The notes below the pieces were generated by a model that was given only the letters and a program-made list of their open reading frames with translations, did no database searches and was not told the origin of the DNA. A stretch of 64,000 bases of DNA, taken from positions 132,009-196,008 of the forward strand of contig CAKPNA010000001.1 in assembly GCA_934168275.1 (NCBI GenBank). Direction: 5' to 3'. The position numbers and the translations under genes are program-made. The DNA is from an uncultured Bacilli bacterium (lineage in GTDB: Bacteria; Bacillota_I; Bacilli_A; RF39; UBA660). Positions 40,421-50,507 of the stretch are shown here, piece by piece (position 1 is the first letter of the stretch; every line of letters begins with the position of its first letter).

Positions 40421-42460
40421 GTATTTTTTAATTATTCTTAAAGTATTTAAAATCGTAATTAACGTAACTCCCGTATCACCAAAGACAGCAAGCCACATAT
40501 TAGCATAACCAAATACACTAAGAAGTAAGATAATTAATTTAACACTCATAGCAAAGATTAAATTTTGTTTAATTATTTTTCTTGTATATTTTGATATCTC
40601 AATAGCCTGTGGAATACGCTCTACTTCATCACTCATTAAAACAATATCACTAGCTTCAATTGCTGAGTCAGCACCTACACCGCCCATCGAAATACCAATA
40701 TCTGCTCTTTTTAATACCGGAGCATCATTAATACCATCTCCAACAAATATTGTTATTTTATTACTTTCACTAACCTTTTCATAACACTCAAACTTATCTG
40801 TCGGAAGCATCTCATACTTAATCTCATCAATATCAAGTTTATGACCAATATCTAGGGCAACATCTTTTTTATCTCCTGTAAACATATAAGTTTTAATACC
40901 ATATGATTTTAACTTAGTAATCGCTTCCTTAGCATTATTTTTAATACCATCATCTATTGTAATAGAAGCCACATGTTTACCATCAATATTTAAATGAATC
41001 ATTGCTTCATTATCACACTTATTACATAGCTTACCATTACCTATTAAAATCTTTTTATTATCTAAAGTAAATGATATACCCTTACCAGTCATCTCTTTAA
41101 AGTTCTTAACTTTACTACTATCAATATCCGTATCTTTAAGTCTTAAAATTGATTTAGCAATCGGATGATCTGAATAAGACTCACCCATTACTAAGATATC
41201 GATAATTTCATCTTTCGTATATTTTTTATCTATAATTTCTATATTGGATACAGTAAATGCTCCACTAGTAAGTGTTCCTGTCTTATCAAAAATTATACTA
41301 GTAGCTTCACTTAAATTATCTAAGTAATTACTACCCTTAATTAAGATACCTTTCTTGCCGGCTACTCCAATTGCTGTAAAATAAGATAAAGGAATAGATA
41401 TTGCAATCGCACACGGACAAGATATTACCAAGAAAGTAAGCCCTCGATATATACTATCATGCGTAGATATATTAAATACTAATGGAAATAATACCATTAT
41501 CAAAACTGCTAAAATAACTACAACAGGAGTATAGATTTTACTAATCTTAGAAATAACGGTCTCAGTTTTTGCTTTTTTGTCAGTAGCACTCTCTAATAAT
41601 TCTAAAATCTTTGATACGGTACTATTTTCAAATAAAGAAGTAGTTTTTATTTCTATTACATTTAAAGTATTGATACTACCTGATAATACTATTGACCCTT
41701 CTTCAACCTCTACAAGTTCACTCTCACCTGTTAATGCTGAAGTATCTAACTTACTACTACCCTTTACTACTATACCATCAACTGGTATTTTTTCACCAGC
41801 CTTAACAACAAGAATATCTCCTACTAAAACATCTTCTACTTTAACCTTATCAATTTTATTTTTTACCTTCTTATAAGCATATGGTTCTTTAATATCTAAT
41901 AACTCTTTAATAGACTTTCTTGAATTATTAATAGCTTTCTCTTCTAATATTTTACCAATAGTATATAAAGTTATAACCATCATACCTTCCATAACCTCAC
42001 CAAGTAATAAAGCTCCAAGACATGATATAGTAATTAAAGCATTCTCATTAATTCCATTACCCTTAACTAACAATTTAACCGCATTAATTGTTGTTCTATA
42101 AAGAAGTAATCCATAAGAAACAATATAAAACACTAACTTAAATGGCTTAGATAAAGGTAGAAGATATGCTAAAATACCAATAACTAAAGCAATAATTAAT
42201 ATACTTAAATGAAATTGCTTAGTATCTTTCTCTACCTCTTCCTCTGTAAGATAAGCATCAGGTTCAATACCCTTTACAAGTTCATTTAAATCTTTCAAAC
42301 TATATTTCTTATCTGATTCATAAGAAACTTTACAAGTATTAAAATTAACTGAAGCATTCTTAAAATCGCTATTATTATTTAACATTTCTTCTATTTTTCT
42401 TGCACAATTAGCGCAATCTAAATTATTAATATTATATCTATATTTACTCATCACATTCAC
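40412..42460 (-). CDS. cadA: heavy-metal (Cd/Zn/Pb-type) translocating P1B-type ATPase
   Basis: N-terminal HMA (LDCANCARKIE), CPC motif in TM6 (ISCPCAIAISIP), DKTGTLT, GDGINDAP. Confidence 0.88.
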   Translation of the reverse strand: MNVMSKYRYNINNLDCANCARKIEEMLNNNSDFKNASVNFNTCKVSYESDKKYSLKDLNELVKGIEPDAYLTEEEVEKDTKQFHLSILIIALVIGILAYLLPLSKPFKLVFYIVSYGLLLYRTTINAVKLLVKGNGINENALITISCLGALLLGEVMEGMMVITLYTIGKILEEKAINNSRKSIKELLDIKEPYAYKKVKNKIDKVKVEDVLVGDILVVKAGEKIPVDGIVVKGSSKLDTSALTGESELVEVEEGSIVLSGSINTLNVIEIKTTSLFENSTVSKILELLESATDKKAKTETVISKISKIYTPVVVILAVLIMVLFPLVFNISTHDSIYRGLTFLVISCPCAIAISIPLSYFTAIGVAGKKGILIKGSNYLDNLSEATSIIFDKTGTLTSGAFTVSNIEIIDKKYTKDEIIDILVMGESYSDHPIAKSILRLKDTDIDSSKVKNFKEMTGKGISFTLDNKKILIGNGKLCNKCDNEAMIHLNIDGKHVASITIDDGIKNNAKEAITKLKSYGIKTYMFTGDKKDVALDIGHKLDIDEIKYEMLPTDKFECYEKVSESNKITIFVGDGINDAPVLKRADIGISMGGVGADSAIEASDIVLMSDEVERIPQAIEISKYTRKIIKQNLIFAMSVKLIILLLSVFGYANMWLAVFGDTGVTLITILNTLRIIKKYNK

Positions 42461-42830
42461 CTTTCATTCTATGTTCTATATGTTCAAGACCTATTTCATA
42501 TAATTTATTAATATGTTCATCATCTAAAGTATAATATACTTCTTTTCCTGACTTTCTATATCTAACTATGCCAGCATTCTTTAAAATAGAAAGTTGATGC
42601 GATATCGACGATTTAGTCATATTCAAAACATTAGCAATATCACATACACACATCTCATTATTATCTAGTGTCCAAATAATCTTAATTCTTGTTAAATCTC
42701 CTAATATCTTAAATAATTCTGACAAATTAATCAATTCCTTATCATCAGGTCTATTTTTAATAGCCATATTAACTGCCTCTTCATGAATAATATTACAATC
42801 ACAAACTAGTTCTTTTCTCTCCATACACAC
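42444..42830 (-). CDS. cadC: ArsR/SmtB family metalloregulator (CadC-like)
   Basis: ..EMCVCDIANVLNMTKSSISHQLSILKNAGIV.. HTH with the metal-binding Cys pair. Overlaps cadA by 17 nt. Confidence 0.8.
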   Translation of the reverse strand: MCMERKELVCDCNIIHEEAVNMAIKNRPDDKELINLSELFKILGDLTRIKIIWTLDNNEMCVCDIANVLNMTKSSISHQLSILKNAGIVRYRKSGKEVYYTLDDEHINKLYEIGLEHIEHRMKGECDE

Positions 42831-42835
42831 CTCCT

Positions 42836-42859
42836 ATAGTTGAACAACTATTCAACTAT
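42836..42859. promoter_or_regulatory. inverted repeat ATAGTTGAA-N6-TTCAACTAT; candidate CadC operator
   Basis: Perfect 9 bp inverted repeat 5-30 nt upstream of the cadC start. Further TTGAACA-like half sites follow. Confidence 0.5.
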
Positions 42860-42948
42860 ATTATAATTGAACATCTGTCTAACTGTCAACAACTATTTAC
42901 TAAATATTTTTTTTATGCTACAATTAATATATCAGATAGGAGGTTGAA

Positions 42949-43527
42949 ATGAAAAAGAAAGATTTTATAATTGGTGGAATTATTCTTGTTGTTATTATTA
43001 TATTAGGTTTTATTTTTCTTAAACCGAATACTTCTTCAGAATTAAAAACAAATGAAGATATTACTAAGATGATTAAATCTATATATAAAAATAGCAAACT
43101 AGAATTACCAGAATTAGAAACAGAAACTATTGATATTAATAATTCTGATGATTTATTAAGTTATACTGGTCTTAAATCTAATGAAAATGTTGAATCAGTA
43201 ATAGTTTCTTTACCCCAAATGAACGCTATTCCTTATAACTTAGCAGTAGTTAAAGTAAAAGATAATACTAACATTGAAGAAATGAAAGAAGAAATGTTAA
43301 ATAACATTAATATGCGTCGTTGGGTTTGCGTAAATGCTGATAAATTATATATCACAAATAACGGTAATGTAATATTTCTAATTATGGCTAATGAAGAAGA
43401 TGCCAAACCAATATATGAAGAATTCAAAAAATATGTTAACAATAACATTGGTAAAGAACTAGAAAAAACATATGAAGAAGAAGATATTGAATTACCAGAC
43501 GAAATATTAAAAGACGTTAACGAATAA
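42949..43527 (+). CDS. hypothetical membrane-anchored protein (first gene of the MBOAT operon)
   Basis: AGGAGG Shine-Dalgarno, N-terminal TM, 192 aa. Confidence 0.45.
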   Translation: MKKKDFIIGGIILVVIIILGFIFLKPNTSSELKTNEDITKMIKSIYKNSKLELPELETETIDINNSDDLLSYTGLKSNENVESVIVSLPQMNAIPYNLAVVKVKDNTNIEEMKEEMLNNINMRRWVCVNADKLYITNNGNVIFLIMANEEDAKPIYEEFKKYVNNNIGKELEKTYEEEDIELPDEILKDVNE

Positions 43528-43569
43528 TCAAGTAGCACCTTAATTGGTGCCTTTTCAAAAGGAGGAATT

Positions 43570-44961
43570 ATGTTATTTACAAGTATAAGTTTTTTGTATT
43601 ACTTTCTACCATTAGTACTAATTGTCTACTTCATAGTACCCAAAAAATATAAAAATTTAGTATTATTATTATTTTCATTATTATTTTATTTCTATGGAGA
43701 ACCAAAGTATATATTATTAATGTTATTTGAAATATTAGTAGCGTATATAGGAGCTATTCTAATAGATAAATATAAAGATAAAAGTATTCTAATACTTACC
43801 CTATTTATTCACATAATACTATTAGTAATATTTAAATATACTGATTTCTTTATATCAAACATTAATAATATCTTTAATACTAACTTTAAGTTATTAAATA
43901 TAGCCCTACCAATAGGAATATCCTTCTATACATTTCAAATAATAAGTTATGTAATAGACGTTTATCGAGGAAAAGTAAAAGTTCAAAAAAGTTTCTTAAA
44001 ACTAGCAACATATGTATCTTTATTTCCCCAACTAATAGCAGGCCCTATTGTAAGATATGAAATAATCGAAGATGAACTAGATAATAGAAAACATAGTTTT
44101 GAAGACTTTGCTATTGGCGTTAGAAGGTTTACTATTGGTCTTGCTAAAAAAGTATTAATTGCTAATATGTTAGGAGAACTATGTACCAAATTTGACCTAG
44201 CAGATGAAAGAAGTATTGTCTTCTATTGGGTATTTGCTGTAAGTTATATGTTACAAATCTATTTTGACTTTGGAGCTTATTCTGACATGGCTATCGGTTT
44301 AGGTCGAATATTCGGTTTCCACTTCTTAGAAAACTTTAACTATCCATATATATCAAAAAGTATTACTGAATTTTGGCGAAGATGGCATATCTCCCTAGGA
44401 TCTTGGTTTAGAGATTATGTCTATATCCCTCTTGGAGGCAACCGTGTAAGTAAAATCAAGTTTTTAAGAAATATCTTAATTGTTTGGTTATTAACCGGAA
44501 TATGGCATGGAGCTAGTTGGAATTTTATAATATGGGGATTATTATTTGGAATATTATTAATAATAGAAAAATTATGGTTAAATAAAATATTAGATAAATT
44601 ACCTAATATTATAAAAAGAATATATGTATTATTTATAGTAATGATAAGTTTTATAATCTTTAATGCTAATACCATGAATACCGCTTGGCATAATATTATT
44701 GGTCTATTTGGTTTTAATAAAGAGCCATTTATAAATACATATACTATATACTATATAAAAAGTTATTTACCAATACTAATAGTAGCCATTATAGCATCCA
44801 CACCAATATGTAAAAATATAATAGAAAAATTAAAGAAAAATAATCTTATAAACAATATAATAAATATACTAGAACCATTTTATATAATTATCTTATTACT
44901 ACTAGTAACAGCATATCTAATAGATAGTTCATATAACCCATTCTTATATTTTAGATTTTAG
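43570..44961 (+). CDS. MBOAT family membrane O-acyltransferase (DltB/AlgI/PatA-like)
   Basis: ..FWRRWHISLGSWFRDYVYIPLGGNR.. hallmark; 463 aa polytopic. Confidence 0.85.
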   Translation: MLFTSISFLYYFLPLVLIVYFIVPKKYKNLVLLLFSLLFYFYGEPKYILLMLFEILVAYIGAILIDKYKDKSILILTLFIHIILLVIFKYTDFFISNINNIFNTNFKLLNIALPIGISFYTFQIISYVIDVYRGKVKVQKSFLKLATYVSLFPQLIAGPIVRYEIIEDELDNRKHSFEDFAIGVRRFTIGLAKKVLIANMLGELCTKFDLADERSIVFYWVFAVSYMLQIYFDFGAYSDMAIGLGRIFGFHFLENFNYPYISKSITEFWRRWHISLGSWFRDYVYIPLGGNRVSKIKFLRNILIVWLLTGIWHGASWNFIIWGLLFGILLIIEKLWLNKILDKLPNIIKRIYVLFIVMISFIIFNANTMNTAWHNIIGLFGFNKEPFINTYTIYYIKSYLPILIVAIIASTPICKNIIEKLKKNNLINNIINILEPFYIIILLLLVTAYLIDSSYNPFLYFRF

Positions 44962-44969
44962 GAGGCATA

Positions 44970-46046
44970 ATGAATAATAAAACAAAAAACATAGTAGTAA
45001 CAATACTATTCTCAACAATTCTAATTTCATTTCTAACAATAAATATAATAACAAAAGACGAAAAAATATCACTATCTGAAAGAAGAAAACTTCAACAATT
45101 CCCTGAATTAACCATCAAAAGTTTACTAAAAGGGACTTTCTTTAAAGAATTTGATACTTATACTACAGATCAGTTTATTAAAAGAGATGAATTTAGAAAA
45201 GTTAAAGTCAACTTAGAACTTAAATTCAAAAAAAATTATAATAACTTATATACTTATCAAGACTATATAATTGAGCAAACATTTCCATTAAATGAAAAAT
45301 CAGTTAATAATCTAACTAACAAAATGAATACATTAAAAAACAACTATTTTAAAAATAATAATACTTACTACACAATAGCACCCGATAAAAATTATTTTAT
45401 AAATAACGGTAATCTAAGATTAGATTATACAAAACTAACAAATATTATGCAAAATAATTTAAAAGACTTTAAATATATTGACATATTTAATACCTTATCA
45501 TTAGAAGATTATTATAAAACAGATACACATTGGAAACAAGAAAATCTACCAAAAGTAATTGATGTATTAAAAAAAGAAATGAACTTTAAAGCTAATACAA
45601 CATATATAGAAGAACCTATTACTTCTTTTAAAGGTGTATATGCTAAACAATTACCAATTAAAACAACTACTGAAACAATTAAAGTATTAACAAATAATAC
45701 AATTAAAAATAGTAAAACATACAATTATGAAACAAAAAAAGAAACAACTATATATGATCTAGATAAAATTAAATCTCAAGATAAATATGATATCTACCTA
45801 TCAGGTGCTGTATCTCTAATAGAAATAGATACTAATATTTCAAACAATAAAGAATTAATTGTATTTAGAGATTCTTATGGAAGTAGCCTAATACCATTAT
45901 TAGCAGAAGGATATAGCAAAATAACTGTTATTGATACAAGATATATATCCCCTAAATTACTTAAAAATTATGTTGACTTTGAAAATAAAGATATATTATT
46001 TATATATGGAATTATATCAATTAACAACAGCGCCTCAATAAGATAA
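44970..46046 (+). CDS. DHHW family protein (MBOAT partner)
   Basis: N-terminal TM and ..YYKTDTHWKQEN.. DHHW motif. Adjacent to an MBOAT gene, as is typical. Confidence 0.65.
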   Translation: MNNKTKNIVVTILFSTILISFLTINIITKDEKISLSERRKLQQFPELTIKSLLKGTFFKEFDTYTTDQFIKRDEFRKVKVNLELKFKKNYNNLYTYQDYIIEQTFPLNEKSVNNLTNKMNTLKNNYFKNNNTYYTIAPDKNYFINNGNLRLDYTKLTNIMQNNLKDFKYIDIFNTLSLEDYYKTDTHWKQENLPKVIDVLKKEMNFKANTTYIEEPITSFKGVYAKQLPIKTTTETIKVLTNNTIKNSKTYNYETKKETTIYDLDKIKSQDKYDIYLSGAVSLIEIDTNISNNKELIVFRDSYGSSLIPLLAEGYSKITVIDTRYISPKLLKNYVDFENKDILFIYGIISINNSASIR

Positions 46047-46050
46047 AAAG

Positions 46051-46076
46051 CATCACTTAATAGTGATGTTTTTTTA
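46051..46076. terminator. bidirectional intrinsic terminator
   Basis: catcact-taa-tagtgatg followed by T8. Confidence 0.55.
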
Positions 46077-46604
46077 TATTAAACCAAATTTATTTAATGG
46101 CCATAATCTAAATACAGCTTTACCTGTAATATTATTTTTAGATACTAAACCAAGTTCTTTACTTCTACTATCCGCTGATATCTCTCTATTATCCCCTAAA
46201 ACTAAATATTTATCTTTAGGTATTACCTCACAACTATAACATATATCTTTTAAACTAAAATTATTAGTATCGTTTTTAGCATACCCATCTTCTACTTCTT
46301 CACCATTAATATATAATTTATTATCTTTATATTCAACATAATCACCCGGTAGACCAATTACTCTTTTGATAACTAAATAATTTTGTTTTTTAATAACAAC
46401 AATATCAAATCTCTCAATATCTTTATATCTATAAAGTATCTTACTATTTAATATCCATTCTCCATCATGAAGTGTATTCTCCATTGAACGACCACTAACG
46501 ATTTCCGGAGTTATTATATATAACCTAAGTAATGCTACCACAACAATAATTATAATATATGGCACAACTTCTTTAATTTTACTTTTCATAAATATTCCTT
46601 TCAA
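46074..46604 (-). CDS. lepB: signal peptidase I (bacterial P-type, S26)
   Basis: ..SGRSMENTL.. (box B) and ..GDNREISADSR.. (box E). Confidence 0.85.
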   Translation of the reverse strand: MKGIFMKSKIKEVVPYIIIIVVVALLRLYIITPEIVSGRSMENTLHDGEWILNSKILYRYKDIERFDIVVIKKQNYLVIKRVIGLPGDYVEYKDNKLYINGEEVEDGYAKNDTNNFSLKDICYSCEVIPKDKYLVLGDNREISADSRSKELGLVSKNNITGKAVFRLWPLNKFGLI

Positions 46605-46624
46605 AAAAAGATAACAGCAAGCTA

Positions 46625-46978
46625 TTATCTCTCTTCTTTAATCTTATATGAACTCTTTCTTGAACCTAAGAAATATAATTTTGCTCTTCTTACTTTACCT
46701 TTCTTAATAACTTCGATAGAAGCTATCTTAGGACTATGTAATGGGAATATTCTTTCTACTCCAACACCTGCAGATTCTTTTCTAACTGTAAATGTTTCAG
46801 AAATTCCACTACCTTTACGAGCAATAACTATACCTTCAAAGTATTGAACTCTTTCCTTAGCAACACCATTCTTTACTTCAGTAATAATGCTACCAACCTT
46901 AACTGTATAACCTACTTTAAATTCTTCAATATTAGGTTTAAGTTGCTTTGAAGTTACTTTTTCCATTAAATTACTCAT
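46625..46978 (-). CDS. rplS: 50S ribosomal protein L19
   Basis: ..[46 protein letters not shown]. Confidence 0.9.
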   Translation of the reverse strand: MSNLMEKVTSKQLKPNIEEFKVGYTVKVGSIITEVKNGVAKERVQYFEGIVIARKGSGISETFTVRKESAGVGVERIFPLHSPKIASIEVIKKGKVRRAKLYFLGSRKSSYKIKEER

Positions 46979-46984
46979 CGTTTA

Positions 46985-47080
46985 TTCACTCTCCTTTGCT
47001 TTTAACAGTGATTATAACAATATTGTCAGCGAATCACCAACTGTTTATAATTCTATCACATAATATAATATCTAGCAAGC
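46985..47080 (-). ncRNA. possible rplS 5' leader (L19-leader-like autoregulatory element)
   Basis: Imperfect inverted repeat aacagtgatt...aatcaccaactgtt in the 5' UTR of rplS. Firmicutes commonly carry an L19 leader here. Not structurally verified. Confidence 0.25.
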
Positions 47081-47109
47081 CCTTTTTTCTTAATTCCCAA
47101 TTTTTTTCA

Positions 47110-48225
47110 TTAATTTGCTATATTATTAAAGTCTTTCTGCCCCTCTTGATAAGGAGTAACATCTAGAAGATTATCAGACATTATATATGTCGCACCAGCA
47201 TTCATATAAGAGTTTTTACCATTTTCAGATAAAACACCCCAAACACAAGAATCAATACCTTTTTCATTAAAATCTGCAATTCTAGACTTTATTACATTTA
47301 AATCTAATTTAGCATAAAGATTAACACATTCAACATTATTATCAACAATCATCTGCATATTACTAGAATTTACTTCATTTGCAAGCAACCATATTCTAGC
47401 ATCGTCAGAAGTATTTCTAATGTTTTGTACATCAGCTTCATGATTTGTTTGAAAAACACAACTATCTAACATACCATATTCTTTAACAGTTTCAACAACT
47501 GCTGAAGATAATTTTGCATCAGAACCATCAGTATTGTAATATTTTAAATCAATTACTGCTGTCATACCATATTCTTTACAAATCTTTAAATAATCCTCAA
47601 ATGAAGGTGCATTGCTGTCAGGAGAATTATGACTACAAACTATCTCACCAGAATTATTAAATCCAACATCAGTCTCACAGCCCCAAAAACCATTAACCCC
47701 GGCATTTCTAAATGCTTCTACAGTATTTTCTTTTATTCCTCCCGAATGATAACCTCTATGAGCAATGCCACTATTATTTTTTGGCTGAAGATTTGCTCCA
47801 TAATAAACAATATCAGTATCAACATCGGTATCAGTAGCCACACTATCAGCATCTGACTCATCTAAATTATCTGACTTGCTATCAAGAAACTCCGCCGCCA
47901 CATTTGCCGCTACTGTAATACCACCCAATGCTCCAAAACCTATATTATTAACACTAACTAATTGTTTACCTGAAGCACCACTTGCAATAAGACTATCAAT
48001 TTCTTCCAAGCAAATAGCACAATCACGTATTTTACTACTAAAAATATTAGAATGTTCCTCAAACGTTGAAAATTTACTTTGTAATTTTCCCTTAAAAGAA
48101 TTAAATGCCGGAACATCACAACTCGCACTCGCCACAGCTTGATATGGTCCTTCACAACTAGTAAAACTATTTAATACCTCATTACCACCTGATTTTAACA
48201 ACTCCGTACTTACATTTACTGCCAT
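47110..48225 (-). CDS. membrane-anchored glycerophosphodiester phosphodiesterase (GDPD) with uncharacterised Cys-containing N-terminal domain
   Basis: C-terminal ..IAHRGYHSGGIKENTVEAF...GFWGCETDV.. GDPD motifs. A central TM (IGFGALGGITVAANVAAEFL) and an acidic linker precede them. Confidence 0.7.
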   Translation of the reverse strand: MAVNVSTELLKSGGNEVLNSFTSCEGPYQAVASASCDVPAFNSFKGKLQSKFSTFEEHSNIFSSKIRDCAICLEEIDSLIASGASGKQLVSVNNIGFGALGGITVAANVAAEFLDSKSDNLDESDADSVATDTDVDTDIVYYGANLQPKNNSGIAHRGYHSGGIKENTVEAFRNAGVNGFWGCETDVGFNNSGEIVCSHNSPDSNAPSFEDYLKICKEYGMTAVIDLKYYNTDGSDAKLSSAVVETVKEYGMLDSCVFQTNHEADVQNIRNTSDDARIWLLANEVNSSNMQMIVDNNVECVNLYAKLDLNVIKSRIADFNEKGIDSCVWGVLSENGKNSYMNAGATYIMSDNLLDVTPYQEGQKDFNNIAN

Positions 48226-48329
48226 ATATAACCCACCTCTATCTTTAAATATATCATCAACCCATATATATTACTTATATACTCATTATATCATAATCGC
48301 CAGCAAAATCAATAATTTAATTTTTTATC

Positions 48330-49289
48330 TTACAAACTTTCTCTAAAAGACTTTAAAGCTGATATAAAATCCTCATCTTCTTCATCATCAGATATATTAA
48401 AAGTCTTATCTTTATTAGCAAGCAACTCTTGATAACTAATAATAGCTTCGTCTTCTTGTTTTTGTTCATAGTCAGTAAGTTCAATGGTTTGAGGTTTTAC
48501 CTCTCTCGATAACTTCTCTGACACTTCTTCCATAAAATTTCTAGGCTTATCTTCTTTCTTAACATAAGTCTGTTTCATATCTGCAAAAGATATTCTATTA
48601 TTACCTGTTTCTTGTTTTGCTACTTCTTCTTCATTAACTTCTTGCTTAACCTCCATAACCGGAGTCTTAACTTCAGGAGCTTGTTCAATAAAAGTACTAG
48701 GTACTGACTTTACTTCTTCAACATTCTTACTTTCATCAACTATTGTTTTTTCTACTTTACTAGCTCTTTTCCCCATCAAATCATTACGCACTAACTCATT
48801 AGAATAATAACCAACCGGTGATATTAACGTACTAGCAGATGAATATTTATTAGAATATGGCTTACTACTAGAAGGTGTATTAACATTACTAACTTGTTTG
48901 TTCTCTACTCTGTTCTCTAACTTATTTTCTACTTTAGGTTCAACACTAACTTTGTTATTAACTACTTCTTTCTTAACTTCATCTCTAGTTTGAAAAGTAG
49001 GCGCATTAACTTCAGGTATACTCTTTTCAACTGCATCTATCTTATCTATAGATTTATCGATAGCATTACTATTAATTTTAATATCACTATCTACCTGATT
49101 ATCCTTAACCCAAGTATCATTATTATTATTTAATAAATCTAACTTAACTGAATCCTTATCATCAACTTCTATCTCATCATAGGTATCTTCTTCTTCATTA
49201 ATGTGTTTAATCTTAATGTAAACAAATACTCCTGTAATACCAATAATAATAATTCCTACAATAATAGCTATTTTTACTATGTTATCCAT
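48330..49289 (-). CDS. hypothetical single-pass membrane protein, Glu/Lys/Val-rich
   Basis: N-terminal TM and a low-complexity KVENKLENRVENKQ region. Confidence 0.45.
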   Translation of the reverse strand: MDNIVKIAIIVGIIIIGITGVFVYIKIKHINEEEDTYDEIEVDDKDSVKLDLLNNNNDTWVKDNQVDSDIKINSNAIDKSIDKIDAVEKSIPEVNAPTFQTRDEVKKEVVNNKVSVEPKVENKLENRVENKQVSNVNTPSSSKPYSNKYSSASTLISPVGYYSNELVRNDLMGKRASKVEKTIVDESKNVEEVKSVPSTFIEQAPEVKTPVMEVKQEVNEEEVAKQETGNNRISFADMKQTYVKKEDKPRNFMEEVSEKLSREVKPQTIELTDYEQKQEDEAIISYQELLANKDKTFNISDDEEDEDFISALKSFRESL

Positions 49290-49293
49290 GTTA

Positions 49294-50004
49294 TCACTCC
49301 ATATTTATATAATTAATAATACTTGCTACAAAAAATGTTGCTGTCTCCACTCTAAGAATTCTATTTCCTAAAGATATGCTCTTATATCCATAAGAATTAA
49401 GTTTATCTTCTTCATTTGCACTAAGTCCCCCTTCTGGACCTATTACAAATATTATATTATCATCTTTACTTAAATTATCAACATATTTATTAATAATATT
49501 ATCTTTTTCTTTAGTACTACATACTAACTTTGTATCTATATCTATATTCTTTAAATCATCTATTGTCATAACATTAGTAATATTTGGAATAACATTTCTA
49601 AACGATTGCTCACTAGCTTCTTTACATATCATTTGCCAACGAACCAACTTCTTAGCAAATCTAATATCATCTAATTTAACAATACTTCTTTCCGTCTTTA
49701 ATGGAATAATAGTCTCTACTCCTAACTCCGTAAGTTTCTGTAATATTAGATCCATCTTCTGTTCTTGAACTAATCCAACCGCTACCGTAAGACCTATTGT
49801 CTTATCTTCTTCATTACTAGTACTCTCTATTATATAACTAAATGGTATTGTATTTTCTATTTTACAATGATAAACCATCTTATCATAAACTACTTCAAAA
49901 TAGTCTCCACTAACTAGTCTCATAACTTTAGTTATATGTTTCATATCACTATCATATAAGACTGGCTTATCATCAATAAAATCTTTAGCAAAATATCTCT
50001 GCAT
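49294..50004 (-). CDS. rsmE: 16S rRNA (uracil1498-N3)-methyltransferase
   Basis: ..GPEGGLS..E...GY....LG.RILR.ETA.. C-terminal SPOUT motif; 236 aa. Confidence 0.85.
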   Translation of the reverse strand: MQRYFAKDFIDDKPVLYDSDMKHITKVMRLVSGDYFEVVYDKMVYHCKIENTIPFSYIIESTSNEEDKTIGLTVAVGLVQEQKMDLILQKLTELGVETIIPLKTERSIVKLDDIRFAKKLVRWQMICKEASEQSFRNVIPNITNVMTIDDLKNIDIDTKLVCSTKEKDNIINKYVDNLSKDDNIIFVIGPEGGLSANEEDKLNSYGYKSISLGNRILRVETATFFVASIINYINME

Positions 50005-50005
50005 A

Positions 50006-50236
50006 CTATAAATTATTAGCTATTACTTGAGTAAATACTCTAGCTATCTCATCATCATTATATACATTTTTAATTCTATCAATACCATTATCATTATATA
50101 CTCTAACAACTATATTCTGTGTTATATCATCATTAGTTAAATATAAATACATTTTATCCCCTAAAATAACCTTATCTACAATAACATATTCTTTATTATT
50201 AGATAACTTTATCTTATCATACCTACCATACTTCAT
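50006..50236 (-). CDS. hypothetical small protein (76 aa)
   Basis: ORF abutting rsmE. Confidence 0.4.
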   Translation of the reverse strand: MKYGRYDKIKLSNNKEYVIVDKVILGDKMYLYLTNDDITQNIVVRVYNDNGIDRIKNVYNDDEIARVFTQVIANNL

Positions 50237-50329
50237 TTTATACCTCTTTACTTCTATTTATTATTACTGACAATTATTATAATAACATATATGAGCACTA
50301 AAATAAAGTCCAAAAAAGAAATATTTTAT

Positions 50330-50507
50330 AATACTTAGTAATATAATATATTAGAACAAGTGATAAATCAAAAGTTTATCGTTGAAACCTCACGATTCCA
50401 AATTTCTGCTTCACAGACACTCTATTGAGTCTTCTCCAACAGACTTAAATTCCGATAGTCGCTACCGTACATAATTATATATTTTTAATTTAATTTACTT
50501 GCTCTTT
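50330..50507 (-). ncRNA. putative TnpB-associated omega-RNA / IS right-end region
   Basis: Locally GC-rich, structured segment directly 3' of the tnpB stop (e.g. cgttgaaacctcacg, gtctgttggagaagac), as expected for an IS605-family right end and omega-RNA scaffold. Confidence 0.4.
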
